A program made the position numbers and the translations under genes. DNA of 39,630 nt. It comes from Actinomycetes bacterium (GTDB taxonomy: Bacteria > Actinomycetota > Thermoleophilia > BMS3ABIN01). The DNA is taken from contig JAJZQT010000010.1 of assembly GCA_021803005.1 (NCBI GenBank), positions 1 through 39,630 of the forward strand, read 5' to 3'. Position 1 is the stretch's first letter, and each line of letters begins with the position of its first letter. Below are positions 16,414-24,538 of the stretch, one piece after another. Below the pieces are notes generated by a model. The model made no database searches. It was not told where the DNA came from and worked only from the letters and a program-made list of their open reading frames with translations.

Positions 16414-17838
16414 TCATCTGAACACCTGCCTCGCCGCTTGCAGGTAATTGAAGAAAATTTGCGGCGAAGCCATTTTCCTCAGATGCAGGGCCAGAATCCT
16501 CGGCCTCAGGTAAAATCGGCGGTAGGCGCGGCGATGCGCTCTCATGATCTGGTCACTGGTGACGTTCGCGTTCCGGTAAACCGGCTTGTTCATGTAGTCA
16601 TATTCGCGCCACTCTTTCGTCAGCAACCGGCCTTCAGACTGGTAGCGCTCGAACTCGCGAGTGCCCGGGAAGGGAACCAGGATCATGAAGCCGGCGCTGT
16701 CGAGGTCCAGTTTTCTGGCGAAGACCGCTGTTTCTTCCATGGTCGCCTCGGTCTCGTCGGAAAAGCCGAACATGAAGTAACCGTGGGGAGAGATGCCCGC
16801 CCGGCGCGTGTCGCTGACCGCCTGCTCCACCTGTGTTTTTTCCATGCGTTTGATTGATTTGATCATTTCGGCATTGCCGACCTCGATGCCATACTTGATC
16901 AGATAGCAACCAGCCTGCTTCATGGCGACGAGCATCTCCAGGTCAACTTCATCGGCGCGGCTGTTGCAGTTCCAGACGATATCCAGCCCCCGCTCCCGGA
17001 TCAACCGGCAGATCTCCAAGAGCCGCTTGCGGTGGCAAACCACAGAGGGGTCCCGGAACGAAAACATGGAAATGCCATAATCCTTGTTGAGCCACTCCAT
17101 TTCGTCGACTATGTTTCCCGCGCTCCGCAGCCTGTACTGCTTGCCCTGCTGGGCGGTGACGTCACAGAAACTGCAGTAATAGGGGCATCCTCTGCCGCTG
17201 AGGATGCTGGAGAAGTGGCCCCGTCTGCCCCAGGTGGGCAGGGGATTGTAGGTGGCCGGATCCGGCAGCAGGTCGTGGGCAGGGAAGGAAAGGCTGTCCA
17301 GATCGGTGATTTTCGGCCGGGGGCCGGTTCGGACCACATTGCCGCCGATCTCCAGGGCTATGCCTTTGACTGAACTCAGATCGCCTCCGGCCGCCACGGT
17401 GTTGCAGATGTCCTGGATCGTTTCCTCACCCTCTCCGATCACAGCGATGTCGACACTCGGATCGGCGGCCGTTTCTTCCGGCAATGCGGTGACATGCGGC
17501 CCACCCACCACGGTGACAATTTTCTCATCCACGGTCTTGGCGATGCGGGCTGCGGCCTGTACATCGGACCACTGCGGGGTCAGACAGGAAATACCCACCA
17601 CTTTTGGACGCATCGATTCGATCTTCTCGCGGATGGACTCACCGGAGAGTCCCAAAGCGTGAGCTTCAAGGATCTCGGCGGGATGGCCGCCCTGGCGAAC
17701 CGCAGCCGCAATATAGGCGATTCCGAGAGGTTGTGTCGATTCACGCGGTTTCTCGACCGCGTCTTTCCAGAGACCCTTTGGCGGGGTCACGAGCAGCAGG
17801 CCGTTGCCGGATTTATCGCTCATGGTTAAAGCAGTCAC
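16414..17838 (-). CDS. B12-binding-domain radical SAM protein (tandem paralog 1)
   Basis: 'LGIAYIAAAVRQGGH', 'VIGEGEETIQDI', 'SGRGCPYYCSFCDV'. GTG 17838 overlaps the upstream TGA (GTGA); the alternative start is ATG 17823. Confidence 0.85.
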   Translation of the reverse strand: MTALTMSDKSGNGLLLVTPPKGLWKDAVEKPRESTQPLGIAYIAAAVRQGGHPAEILEAHALGLSGESIREKIESMRPKVVGISCLTPQWSDVQAAARIAKTVDEKIVTVVGGPHVTALPEETAADPSVDIAVIGEGEETIQDICNTVAAGGDLSSVKGIALEIGGNVVRTGPRPKITDLDSLSFPAHDLLPDPATYNPLPTWGRRGHFSSILSGRGCPYYCSFCDVTAQQGKQYRLRSAGNIVDEMEWLNKDYGISMFSFRDPSVVCHRKRLLEICRLIRERGLDIVWNCNSRADEVDLEMLVAMKQAGCYLIKYGIEVGNAEMIKSIKRMEKTQVEQAVSDTRRAGISPHGYFMFGFSDETEATMEETAVFARKLDLDSAGFMILVPFPGTREFERYQSEGRLLTKEWREYDYMNKPVYRNANVTSDQIMRAHRRAYRRFYLRPRILALHLRKMASPQIFFNYLQAARQVFR

Positions 17839-19247
17839 GCCTTGGCGCGGACGACTTTGAAGAAACTCCTGACCAGCCGGTAATACCTTCTGATATCCTC
17901 CGGCCCCCTGATTGCCGACGCCAGCCGCATAAACTGCCGCGGCCTCACGAAAAAGTCGACGATGGCCTTGCGGTGCATCTCCTGGATATACTCCGCGGTC
18001 AACCCCCTGGGCACGAAACCCAGATTGCCCCGCTGGTAACTGGAGCCGATGTCGAGACTCATGTTGGTGGAGCCGTATTCGTGGGCGATCTCGCGCGCCT
18101 TCGAGCCGGGAGCCAGGTACATGACACTGATGTTCATGGAATAAAGCGGCAGCGACCTGGCGAAATCGATGGTCTCCTGGATGGTCTCCCTGGTCTCGAT
18201 CAGGTGCCCGATCATGAAGTAACCGCGGATCCTGATGCCCTCGTCGCTAAGCCAGCCGAGCACCCGCCGCACCGTCTCCTTGTCAACCGGCTTGTGGATG
18301 AATCTCAGCACTTCATCGCTGCCGCTCTCGATGCCGCACGACACCAGCCAGCAGCCGGCGTCCTTCATCGCCTTGATGACTTCACGGTCGAGAGTTGTCA
18401 GATTGACCGTCGCCGTCCAGGGAATCCTGATGCCGCGCTCCTTCATCAGGCGGCAGATCTCCAGCACCCGGCGCCTGTTGAGGGCGAAAGTGTCTTCATG
18501 GAAGCTGACCTCGCGGGCGCCGAACTCTTCAATGACGTGCTCGACCAGGCCCACGACGTACGCGGCCGAGTTTCCCCGCCAGCGATGGGTCCAGACGGAG
18601 TTGCAGAAGATACACTGGAAGGGACAGCCGCGGCTGGTGATGAGCGTGACGACAGGCTTGCGCCGGTAGACCATCTGATGGGGGGCATAGGTCTCGATGC
18701 CCTTGATCAGGTGGAAAGCCGGATATGGCAGATCGTCCAGATTGTCAAGGAGCGGGCGCGGCTCGTTCTTTACGACTTCGCCGTCCCGGTGGAAATAGAT
18801 TCCCTGCACCCGCTCCAGGTCGCCGCCGGATTCGATGGTTTCCACCAGCTCCAGCAGCGAATACTCACCCTCGCCGGTCACCAGGTAGTCGAAAGCGTCG
18901 CACTGGGCCAGGTCCTCGGGGAACACCATCACGTGAGGACCGCCGGCGACGATGGGGATGCCGAACTCGCTCTTGATCGCCGTGGCGGTCTCGATCGCCT
19001 GGTTGGCGCCGATCGAGTAAACCGAGAGGCCGATGAGTTCCGGCTGGAACTGCTTCACTTTTTCGGCGAGGGCCAGCAGGCTGAGCGGATGCCTCACCGA
19101 ATCGATGATCATCACTTCATGCCCGGCCTTCTCCAGGACCGCGCCGAGGCAGCAGAGGCCGTAAGGAGGAAGATAGGAACCGATATCTTCCAGGTTGCCG
19201 TAACGTTTTACGCCGCTGACCGCGCCGCTTATCAGCAGTAACTTCAT
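17835..19247 (-). CDS. B12-binding-domain radical SAM protein
   Basis: 'YGLCCLGAVLEKAGHEVMIID', 'VTGEGEYSLLEL', 'TSRGCPFQCIFCNS'. ATG 19247 overlaps the stop of the corrinoid-protein gene (ATGA). Confidence 0.85.
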   Translation of the reverse strand: MKLLLISGAVSGVKRYGNLEDIGSYLPPYGLCCLGAVLEKAGHEVMIIDSVRHPLSLLALAEKVKQFQPELIGLSVYSIGANQAIETATAIKSEFGIPIVAGGPHVMVFPEDLAQCDAFDYLVTGEGEYSLLELVETIESGGDLERVQGIYFHRDGEVVKNEPRPLLDNLDDLPYPAFHLIKGIETYAPHQMVYRRKPVVTLITSRGCPFQCIFCNSVWTHRWRGNSAAYVVGLVEHVIEEFGAREVSFHEDTFALNRRRVLEICRLMKERGIRIPWTATVNLTTLDREVIKAMKDAGCWLVSCGIESGSDEVLRFIHKPVDKETVRRVLGWLSDEGIRIRGYFMIGHLIETRETIQETIDFARSLPLYSMNISVMYLAPGSKAREIAHEYGSTNMSLDIGSSYQRGNLGFVPRGLTAEYIQEMHRKAIVDFFVRPRQFMRLASAIRGPEDIRRYYRLVRSFFKVVRAKA

Positions 19248-19897
19248 CGCCTGTCGCCATCGCGGCCGGTAAGCCTGCGGCAGACCGCCAGCGTGCTCTT
19301 GACGTCGGTGGCAAAACCGTCGACGCCGACCTCGCGCGCGAATTTCTCGGAGTGTGAAGCCCCTCCGGAGACGACCTTGACGCTGCCGCGCAGCCCTTCG
19401 GCTTCCAGCGCCGCCATGACGTCGAGCAGGGCCGGCTTGGTCGAGGTGGTAAAGGCCGACAGCAGCAGCAGGCCGGCCCCGGTTTCCCTGACCTTGTTTA
19501 CAAATTTTTCCGTCGAGACGTTCACGCCCAGATCGTGGACCTCGTATCCGGCCGCCCTCAGGGCCGAGACGATGATGTTCTTGCCGATGTTGTGGATGTC
19601 TCCCCTGACCGTGCCCATGACCACCACGCCCGCCTGCTCGTGGCGGCTCTCGAAAAGATAGGGCTCGAGCACGGCCATGGCCTTCTCCACCGCTTCGGCC
19701 GAGCGCAGCATCTCGGGGATGAAATACTCGCCGGTCTGATAACGGCTGCCAACTTCCTCCATGGCATTGGAGAGGTGGGCGAAGATCTCGTCGGCGGTTG
19801 CCTGTCCCGCCGCCACAATGGCGTCGGCCAGGTCGGCGCTGGCGTCGGCGTTACCGGCGATGAGAGCCGTCTCGAATTTTTCCAGGATCTCTTCCAT
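19244..19897 (-). CDS. Corrinoid (cobalamin)-binding protein, MtaC/MtbC/MetH-cap type
   Basis: 217 aa. N-terminal helical cap 'YQTGEYFIPEMLRSAEAV', then 'GTVRGDIHNIGKNIV' (DxHxxG), 'LLLLSAF' and 'VVSGGA' of the B12-binding Rossmann domain. Confidence 0.85.
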   Translation of the reverse strand: MEEILEKFETALIAGNADASADLADAIVAAGQATADEIFAHLSNAMEEVGSRYQTGEYFIPEMLRSAEAVEKAMAVLEPYLFESRHEQAGVVVMGTVRGDIHNIGKNIIVSALRAAGYEVHDLGVNVSTEKFVNKVRETGAGLLLLSAFTTSTKPALLDVMAALEAEGLRGSVKVVSGGASHSEKFAREVGVDGFATDVKSTLAVCRRLTGRDGDRR

Positions 19898-19928
19898 GTA
19901 TTGCCGGGGTTCCTCCCGATGCGTTCTC

Positions 19929-20939
19929 TTAGTAGCTGCCGTACTTCCGGCCGTACTCCACCAGCGCGGCGATATTTTCCTCCGGGGCTGAAAGCGGGAT
20001 CGAGTCGCCGCTGCTCAGGATGAAGCCGCCGCCCTTGCCGGCAGCCCCGATGGCCGCCTTCACGGCCGCCTCGACAGCGGCGATGCCGCCTTTCTCGATT
20101 ACCGAGACGGCGTCGATGTTGCCCTTGAGGGCCACCTTGCCGCCGACCGCGGACTTGGCCGCCGCCAGGTCGACGGGCGAGTCGATCTCGAGCGCCGCGG
20201 CGCCGGTTCTGGCCATGTCTTTCAGGATCGGCATGCTGTTTCGGCAGATGTGCAGGATAACTGGAATCTCCTCCGCCAGCTCCGCGATGGCCTCGCGCCC
20301 GGATGGAAAAGCGAATTCACGGTAATGCTCGGGGGAGATCATGCTCGAGGAGGCAAAGGAATCCTTGACCACCAGCGCGTCGACTCCCGCCTTGATAAAT
20401 GCCCTGCCGACCGCCATGGTCGCCGGCCTGACCGCCTCGATCAGGTCGCGCACCAGCCCGGGGTCACGATAGAAATCGGTCATAAATTCGATCAGCCCCC
20501 GGACGGTGGCCGCGTATTCGAATGGCGAGCGGACGCTGCCGAGGACGGCATAGCCGCCCGCGGCGGCCTCTACCAGCCGCTGGACCGGCTCCATCTTGCC
20601 GCCGGCCCAGGGATCGGGCATGGCCAGTTTCTCGAGGTCCTCGCGCCCGCCGACGATCGTCTCAACCACCAGCGGCACGTCGTTGCCCTCGATCTCGACC
20701 GGGCAGCCCAGCACGTTGGGGTCCGGACCCAGCCCCATCTCGGCCACGGCGCCGTCGTAGGCGAACTTCAGCTGAGCCGCCGTCAGGGCCTCGGCCAGGC
20801 AGGCGCCGTCCGCGAAACAATCATCGTTGGCGCGCCCGATGACCTTGGGCGCAAAGAAGCCGTCCACAACCGGCACAATCGGGACCCGGTCCGGCATCTC
20901 GCCGGCCAGGACCGCCAGGAACCTCTCACGGGAATTCAC
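19929..20939 (-). CDS. URO-D-family protein, MtaA/CmuA-like (MT2-type methylcobamide methyltransferase-like)
   Basis: 336 aa. 'MNSRERFLAVLAGEMPDRVPIVP', 'ILHICRNS' (HxC), 'GFILSSGDSIP'. GTG start with a GGGGTGGG SD. Confidence 0.7.
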   Translation of the reverse strand: MNSRERFLAVLAGEMPDRVPIVPVVDGFFAPKVIGRANDDCFADGACLAEALTAAQLKFAYDGAVAEMGLGPDPNVLGCPVEIEGNDVPLVVETIVGGREDLEKLAMPDPWAGGKMEPVQRLVEAAAGGYAVLGSVRSPFEYAATVRGLIEFMTDFYRDPGLVRDLIEAVRPATMAVGRAFIKAGVDALVVKDSFASSSMISPEHYREFAFPSGREAIAELAEEIPVILHICRNSMPILKDMARTGAAALEIDSPVDLAAAKSAVGGKVALKGNIDAVSVIEKGGIAAVEAAVKAAIGAAGKGGGFILSSGDSIPLSAPEENIAALVEYGRKYGSY

Positions 20940-20972
20940 GAACCCACCCCTGCCGCCTTCATTCCATCGCCC

Positions 20973-21305
20973 TTAAGTAACCCCGGCCTCGACGCGCGGC
21001 GCTTCCTTCCAGAGGACCTCGAGACGGTAGAAATCGCGCGATTCGGGGGTAAAAATGTGCACGACGACGCTCAGGTAATCCAGAAGAACCCAGTCGCCGC
21101 GGGCTTCTCCCTCGATCCTCAAGGCGGGAATGCCCTGTTCCTTGAGCTTGCTGCGGATCCCGTCGGCTATCGCCCTGGTCTGACGCTCGGACCGGCCGGA
21201 ACAGATAAGAAAGTAGTCGGTGTAGCTGACCACGTCCTTCATGTTGAGAATGACGATCCCGGCCGCTTTCTTGTCAGCGGCCGCCTCGGCAATCGCCCCG
21301 ACCAA
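20973..21305 (-). CDS. rsfS: Ribosome silencing factor RsfS
   Basis: 'AAADKKAAGIVILNMKDVVSYTDYFLICSGRSERQTRAIAD...GDWVLLDYLSVVVHIF' is a canonical RsfS/iojap sequence. TTG start. Confidence 0.9.
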   Translation of the reverse strand: MVGAIAEAAADKKAAGIVILNMKDVVSYTDYFLICSGRSERQTRAIADGIRSKLKEQGIPALRIEGEARGDWVLLDYLSVVVHIFTPESRDFYRLEVLWKEAPRVEAGVT

Positions 21306-21399
21306 CCTGTCGCTGCTAATACTCTTAGTGATCTAGTACCTCTCGGTGTAAGTGGCGGCGGTTATCATATTGGCGCGTCCGGCCGGCCAGGGCCCGGCG

Positions 21400-22647
21400 C
21401 TACCTTTTCTGCAGTTCCGCCAAAGTAATGTCTCTTCCCATGATAACAATGATCTGGCGTTTTTCCATGTAATCGTCCTTGATTATCGTTCCCACGCCCA
21501 GCGCGTCGCGCACGCGGTTGCCCGCGGCCAGCACGTCGCTGCCCACCCGGATCTGGGTGCTGTCGAAATTCACGCCGGACGGATCCGGCTGCTGGGTCAT
21601 GGTGTAGCGCAGCGGCGCCAGCCTGTCGGCCGCGGCCTCGACCAGGCCGGGGGTCTCGGTGCCGTTGCGGACTTCCAGGGCGATGGAGGCGTCGCGCGAA
21701 TTGCCGGTCATCAGTGTCTCGATCTCGGCGGGCACCGGCTCCAGGTACCAGTCCCTGCCGGTGACGGCGATCTTGACCGGCAGCGGCCAGGTGCCAAAGG
21801 GACGGCCCGGCGCGGTTATGCTGAGGATCAGGTCGGTGAACTCGCCCTCATCCATGTCGGTCTGCACCCGCTGGAAGACCAGCGCCGCCAGGCCCCGGCG
21901 CTCGACTTCGGTCTTTAGCGCCAGGGAATCCCTGAGCCCCTGATAGAAGAGCGACTGCACCCTGGGGCCGTCAAGCCCGTCGGCCGCGGAGGCCTTGAGA
22001 TAGGTCATGGCGTTCTGGGCGCTGGTGGGATTGTCCCCGGCGGTCAGATGTACCGGCGGCGCCGCCGCGCTTAAGTCCTGGGCGCGGTCGGTCCTGAAGT
22101 TGATGGTGCCGGCCTGCGCCAGCGCCAGGTCCAGGACGCCATAGTCGAGGTTAATGTGGTACTGGATCGGCACCTGCAGGAGGTTGGCCACGGTCTGGTC
22201 CAGCAGTTCCTGGCCGCCCAGCGCCGTGATATGGTCGAGCTCCTGAAAGCCGTGGCCGGGTGTGTCGGAGACTGTCCGGGCCGGGATGGTGAAGAGGCCG
22301 AAGCCGCCGTCGCTTTCCGGGACCAGCACGGCCAGCTGGCTCAGCCTGCCCTCATCGTCGTTGCCGGTGATGATGACCGTGCCCGAGCCCGGGGAGACGG
22401 GCCCGGCGTCCGCCGTGGCCGCCGACGACCCACGGTTGCGCACGGTCATGAAGACAGTCACGAACATCAACAGCGATATCACCACGCCGGATATCAGAAT
22501 GTAGCGGGTGGTGCGCCGCCGCCGGAGGCGGTGCTGCGCGGTCAGCCTGGCCTTGCGGAATCCCGACTCGCTGGGAAGAGAATAACCGCGGCGGCGGCGA
22601 TCGCTACGCTTGAGGCTGTTCTTGAAGGTATAGTCGTTCTTTTTCAA
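21400..22647 (-). CDS. LCP-like membrane protein with C-terminal LytR_C domain
   Basis: Basic N-terminus, one TM helix, a central LCP-like region ('LFTIPARTV...LGGQELLDQTVANLLQVPIQYHINLDY'), and a C-terminal 'IALEVRNGTETPGLVEAAADRL...IRVG' LytR_C-type domain. It overlaps the nadD 3' end by 44 nt. Confidence 0.6.
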   Translation of the reverse strand: MKKNDYTFKNSLKRSDRRRRGYSLPSESGFRKARLTAQHRLRRRRTTRYILISGVVISLLMFVTVFMTVRNRGSSAATADAGPVSPGSGTVIITGNDDEGRLSQLAVLVPESDGGFGLFTIPARTVSDTPGHGFQELDHITALGGQELLDQTVANLLQVPIQYHINLDYGVLDLALAQAGTINFRTDRAQDLSAAAPPVHLTAGDNPTSAQNAMTYLKASAADGLDGPRVQSLFYQGLRDSLALKTEVERRGLAALVFQRVQTDMDEGEFTDLILSITAPGRPFGTWPLPVKIAVTGRDWYLEPVPAEIETLMTGNSRDASIALEVRNGTETPGLVEAAADRLAPLRYTMTQQPDPSGVNFDSTQIRVGSDVLAAGNRVRDALGVGTIIKDDYMEKRQIIVIMGRDITLAELQKR

Positions 22648-23221
22648 TGAATTTCTCGACGCCTTCGGGCACCAGGTATCTGATGGACTTTCCTTGGGAC
22701 ACCCTTTTCCTGATCAGGCTGGAAGACACATCGATGCAGGGAATCTCCATGATCCGCACCCGTTCCTGCTGAAGGAAGCGGCGCGTCTCCGCAGGCATCT
22801 GCTCCAGCGAGTAACCGGGGCGGCGGGCGGCGATCAGGGTCGCCAGCCGCAGGATCTCATCCGGTTCCTTCCATTGCAGGATCTCGGCAACGGCATCGGT
22901 GCCGGTGATGAAGAACAGCTCTGCCGAGGGTTTTTCCGCACGGAAATGCCGCAGCGTGTCCACCGTGTAGCATACCCGATTCTGGTCGATCTCGTAGCGG
23001 GAAACCTCGAAGCGCGGGTTGGAGGCGGTGGCGATGACGGCCATCTCGTAACGTTCCTCGGAGCAGCCGGAGCCGGTCTGCTTGTGCGGGGCCAGGCCGG
23101 TCGGCATGAAGATCACTTCGTCAAGGCCGAAATGGGAGACGGCCTCTTCGGCACAGGCAAGATGCCCGATGTGTATCGGGTTGAAGGCGCCGCCCATTAT
23201 TGCCAGTTTCACGAGAGCCAT
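22604..23221 (-). CDS. nadD: Nicotinate-nucleotide adenylyltransferase
   Basis: 'IMGGAFNPIHIGHL' (HxGH), 'VIFMPTGLAPHK', 'SSSLIRKRV'. Confidence 0.9.
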   Translation of the reverse strand: MALVKLAIMGGAFNPIHIGHLACAEEAVSHFGLDEVIFMPTGLAPHKQTGSGCSEERYEMAVIATASNPRFEVSRYEIDQNRVCYTVDTLRHFRAEKPSAELFFITGTDAVAEILQWKEPDEILRLATLIAARRPGYSLEQMPAETRRFLQQERVRIMEIPCIDVSSSLIRKRVSQGKSIRYLVPEGVEKFIEKERLYLQEQPQA

Positions 23222-23266
23222 GACCTTATGTCATTCAATGGCGGGGCCGCCGAATCCTGCGAATTC

Positions 23267-24523
23267 TCAGCCGCGCACCTGACCGTCACCAGTGATGACG
23301 TACTTGGTGGAGGTCATTTCCCGTAAGCCCAGGGGACCGCGGGCATGCAGCTTCTGGGTGCTGATGCCGATCTCGGCTCCCATGCCGAACTGGCCGCCGT
23401 CGGTGAAGCGGGTCGAGGCGTTGACGTAGACGCAGGCGGCGTCCACCCGCGCCGTGAACCGGCGCGAGTTCTCGAGGTCATCGGTGATGATGGCCTCGGA
23501 ATGGCCGGTGCCATAGCGGGTGATATGTTCTATCGCCTCATCGACGCCGCCGACGATCCTGACGGCCAGTTCCAGGTCCAGGAACTCGGTGGCGTAATGC
23601 TCCTCGGTGGCGTCGGCAACGCCTTCGTTCTTGCCCTTGATCAGCGCGCGGCTTCCGGCGTCGGCATAAAGTTTTACCTTGCGTTCGAGCAGCTCCCTGG
23701 CGACCAGCGGCACGAACTGCCCGGCGACATCCTCGTGGACCAGCAGCGTCTCCACCGAATTGCAGACGCCCGGGCGCTGCACCTTGGCGTTGACGACGAT
23801 CCTGACCGCCTTTTCGACGTCGGCGCTGGCGTCGACGAAGATGTGGCAGTTGCCGCCGGCGGCATAAATAACAGGGATCTTCGAGTTCTTGACCAGATAC
23901 TCCTTGAGCGCTTGGCCGCCCCGGGGGATTACCAGGTCGATATAGTCGCTCATCTGCAAGAGCTGTTTGAGGTGGCCGCGGTCGCGCGACTCCACCAGGG
24001 ACACCGCGTGCGCGGGCAGCCCGGCGTCGATGAGGGCGCCGTTGATTACTTCCGTGAGCATGCGGATGGAATGCAGCGAGGCGCTGCCGCCACGCAGGAT
24101 GACGGCGTTGCCGGTCTTGAGGCAGAGGCCCGCGGCGTCGGCGGTCACGTTCGGACGCGCCTCGTATATGACCGCGACCACGCCGAAGGGGACCCTCACC
24201 TTTTTGACTTCCATGCCGTTGTCCAGCCGCCAGCCGTCGACTATCTCGCCGACGGGATCGGGCAGGGAAGCGATACTCCTGAGGCTCCAGGCCATCTCAC
24301 GGATGCGGTCCTCGTCGAGCATCAGGCGGTCCATGAACGCCCCCGAGAGCCGCGCCGCCTTGCCTTCCTTGACGTCGTCGCGGTTCTCCCGCAGGATCTC
24401 GGCGGTGCGCCGCTCGAGCGCCACGGCGATCTCGTTGAGGGCGCGGTTCTTGGCCGCCGGCGTCAGCGCCGCCAGCTCCCTGGAGGCCGTTTTGGCGTTT
24501 ATGCAAAGATCCTTGATCTTCAT
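23267..24523 (-). CDS. proA: Gamma-glutamyl phosphate reductase
   Basis: 418 aa, collinear with ProA. 'VIYEARPNVT', 'LRGG', 'GNCHIFVD', 'VCNSVETLLVH', 'HSEAIIT', 'VNASTRFTDG'. Confidence 0.95.
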   Translation of the reverse strand: MKIKDLCINAKTASRELAALTPAAKNRALNEIAVALERRTAEILRENRDDVKEGKAARLSGAFMDRLMLDEDRIREMAWSLRSIASLPDPVGEIVDGWRLDNGMEVKKVRVPFGVVAVIYEARPNVTADAAGLCLKTGNAVILRGGSASLHSIRMLTEVINGALIDAGLPAHAVSLVESRDRGHLKQLLQMSDYIDLVIPRGGQALKEYLVKNSKIPVIYAAGGNCHIFVDASADVEKAVRIVVNAKVQRPGVCNSVETLLVHEDVAGQFVPLVARELLERKVKLYADAGSRALIKGKNEGVADATEEHYATEFLDLELAVRIVGGVDEAIEHITRYGTGHSEAIITDDLENSRRFTARVDAACVYVNASTRFTDGGQFGMGAEIGISTQKLHARGPLGLREMTSTKYVITGDGQVRG

Positions 24524-24538
24524 TTCCTCACCTGTCAG

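Noticed and set aside
17604-19241. 545-aa plus-strand ORF; comparable shadow ORFs occur at 20250-21428 (+), 23345-25132 (+), 28965-29921 (+), 30090-31031 (+), 32990-34123 (+), 10552-11307 (-), 11811-12575 (-) and 13625-14377 (-)
   Set aside because: All are antisense to well-supported genes (rSAM, URO-D-like, proA/proB, atpG, atpA, atpB, GT2, SPASM rSAM, membrane protein). They have no recognisable motifs or ribosome-binding sites.
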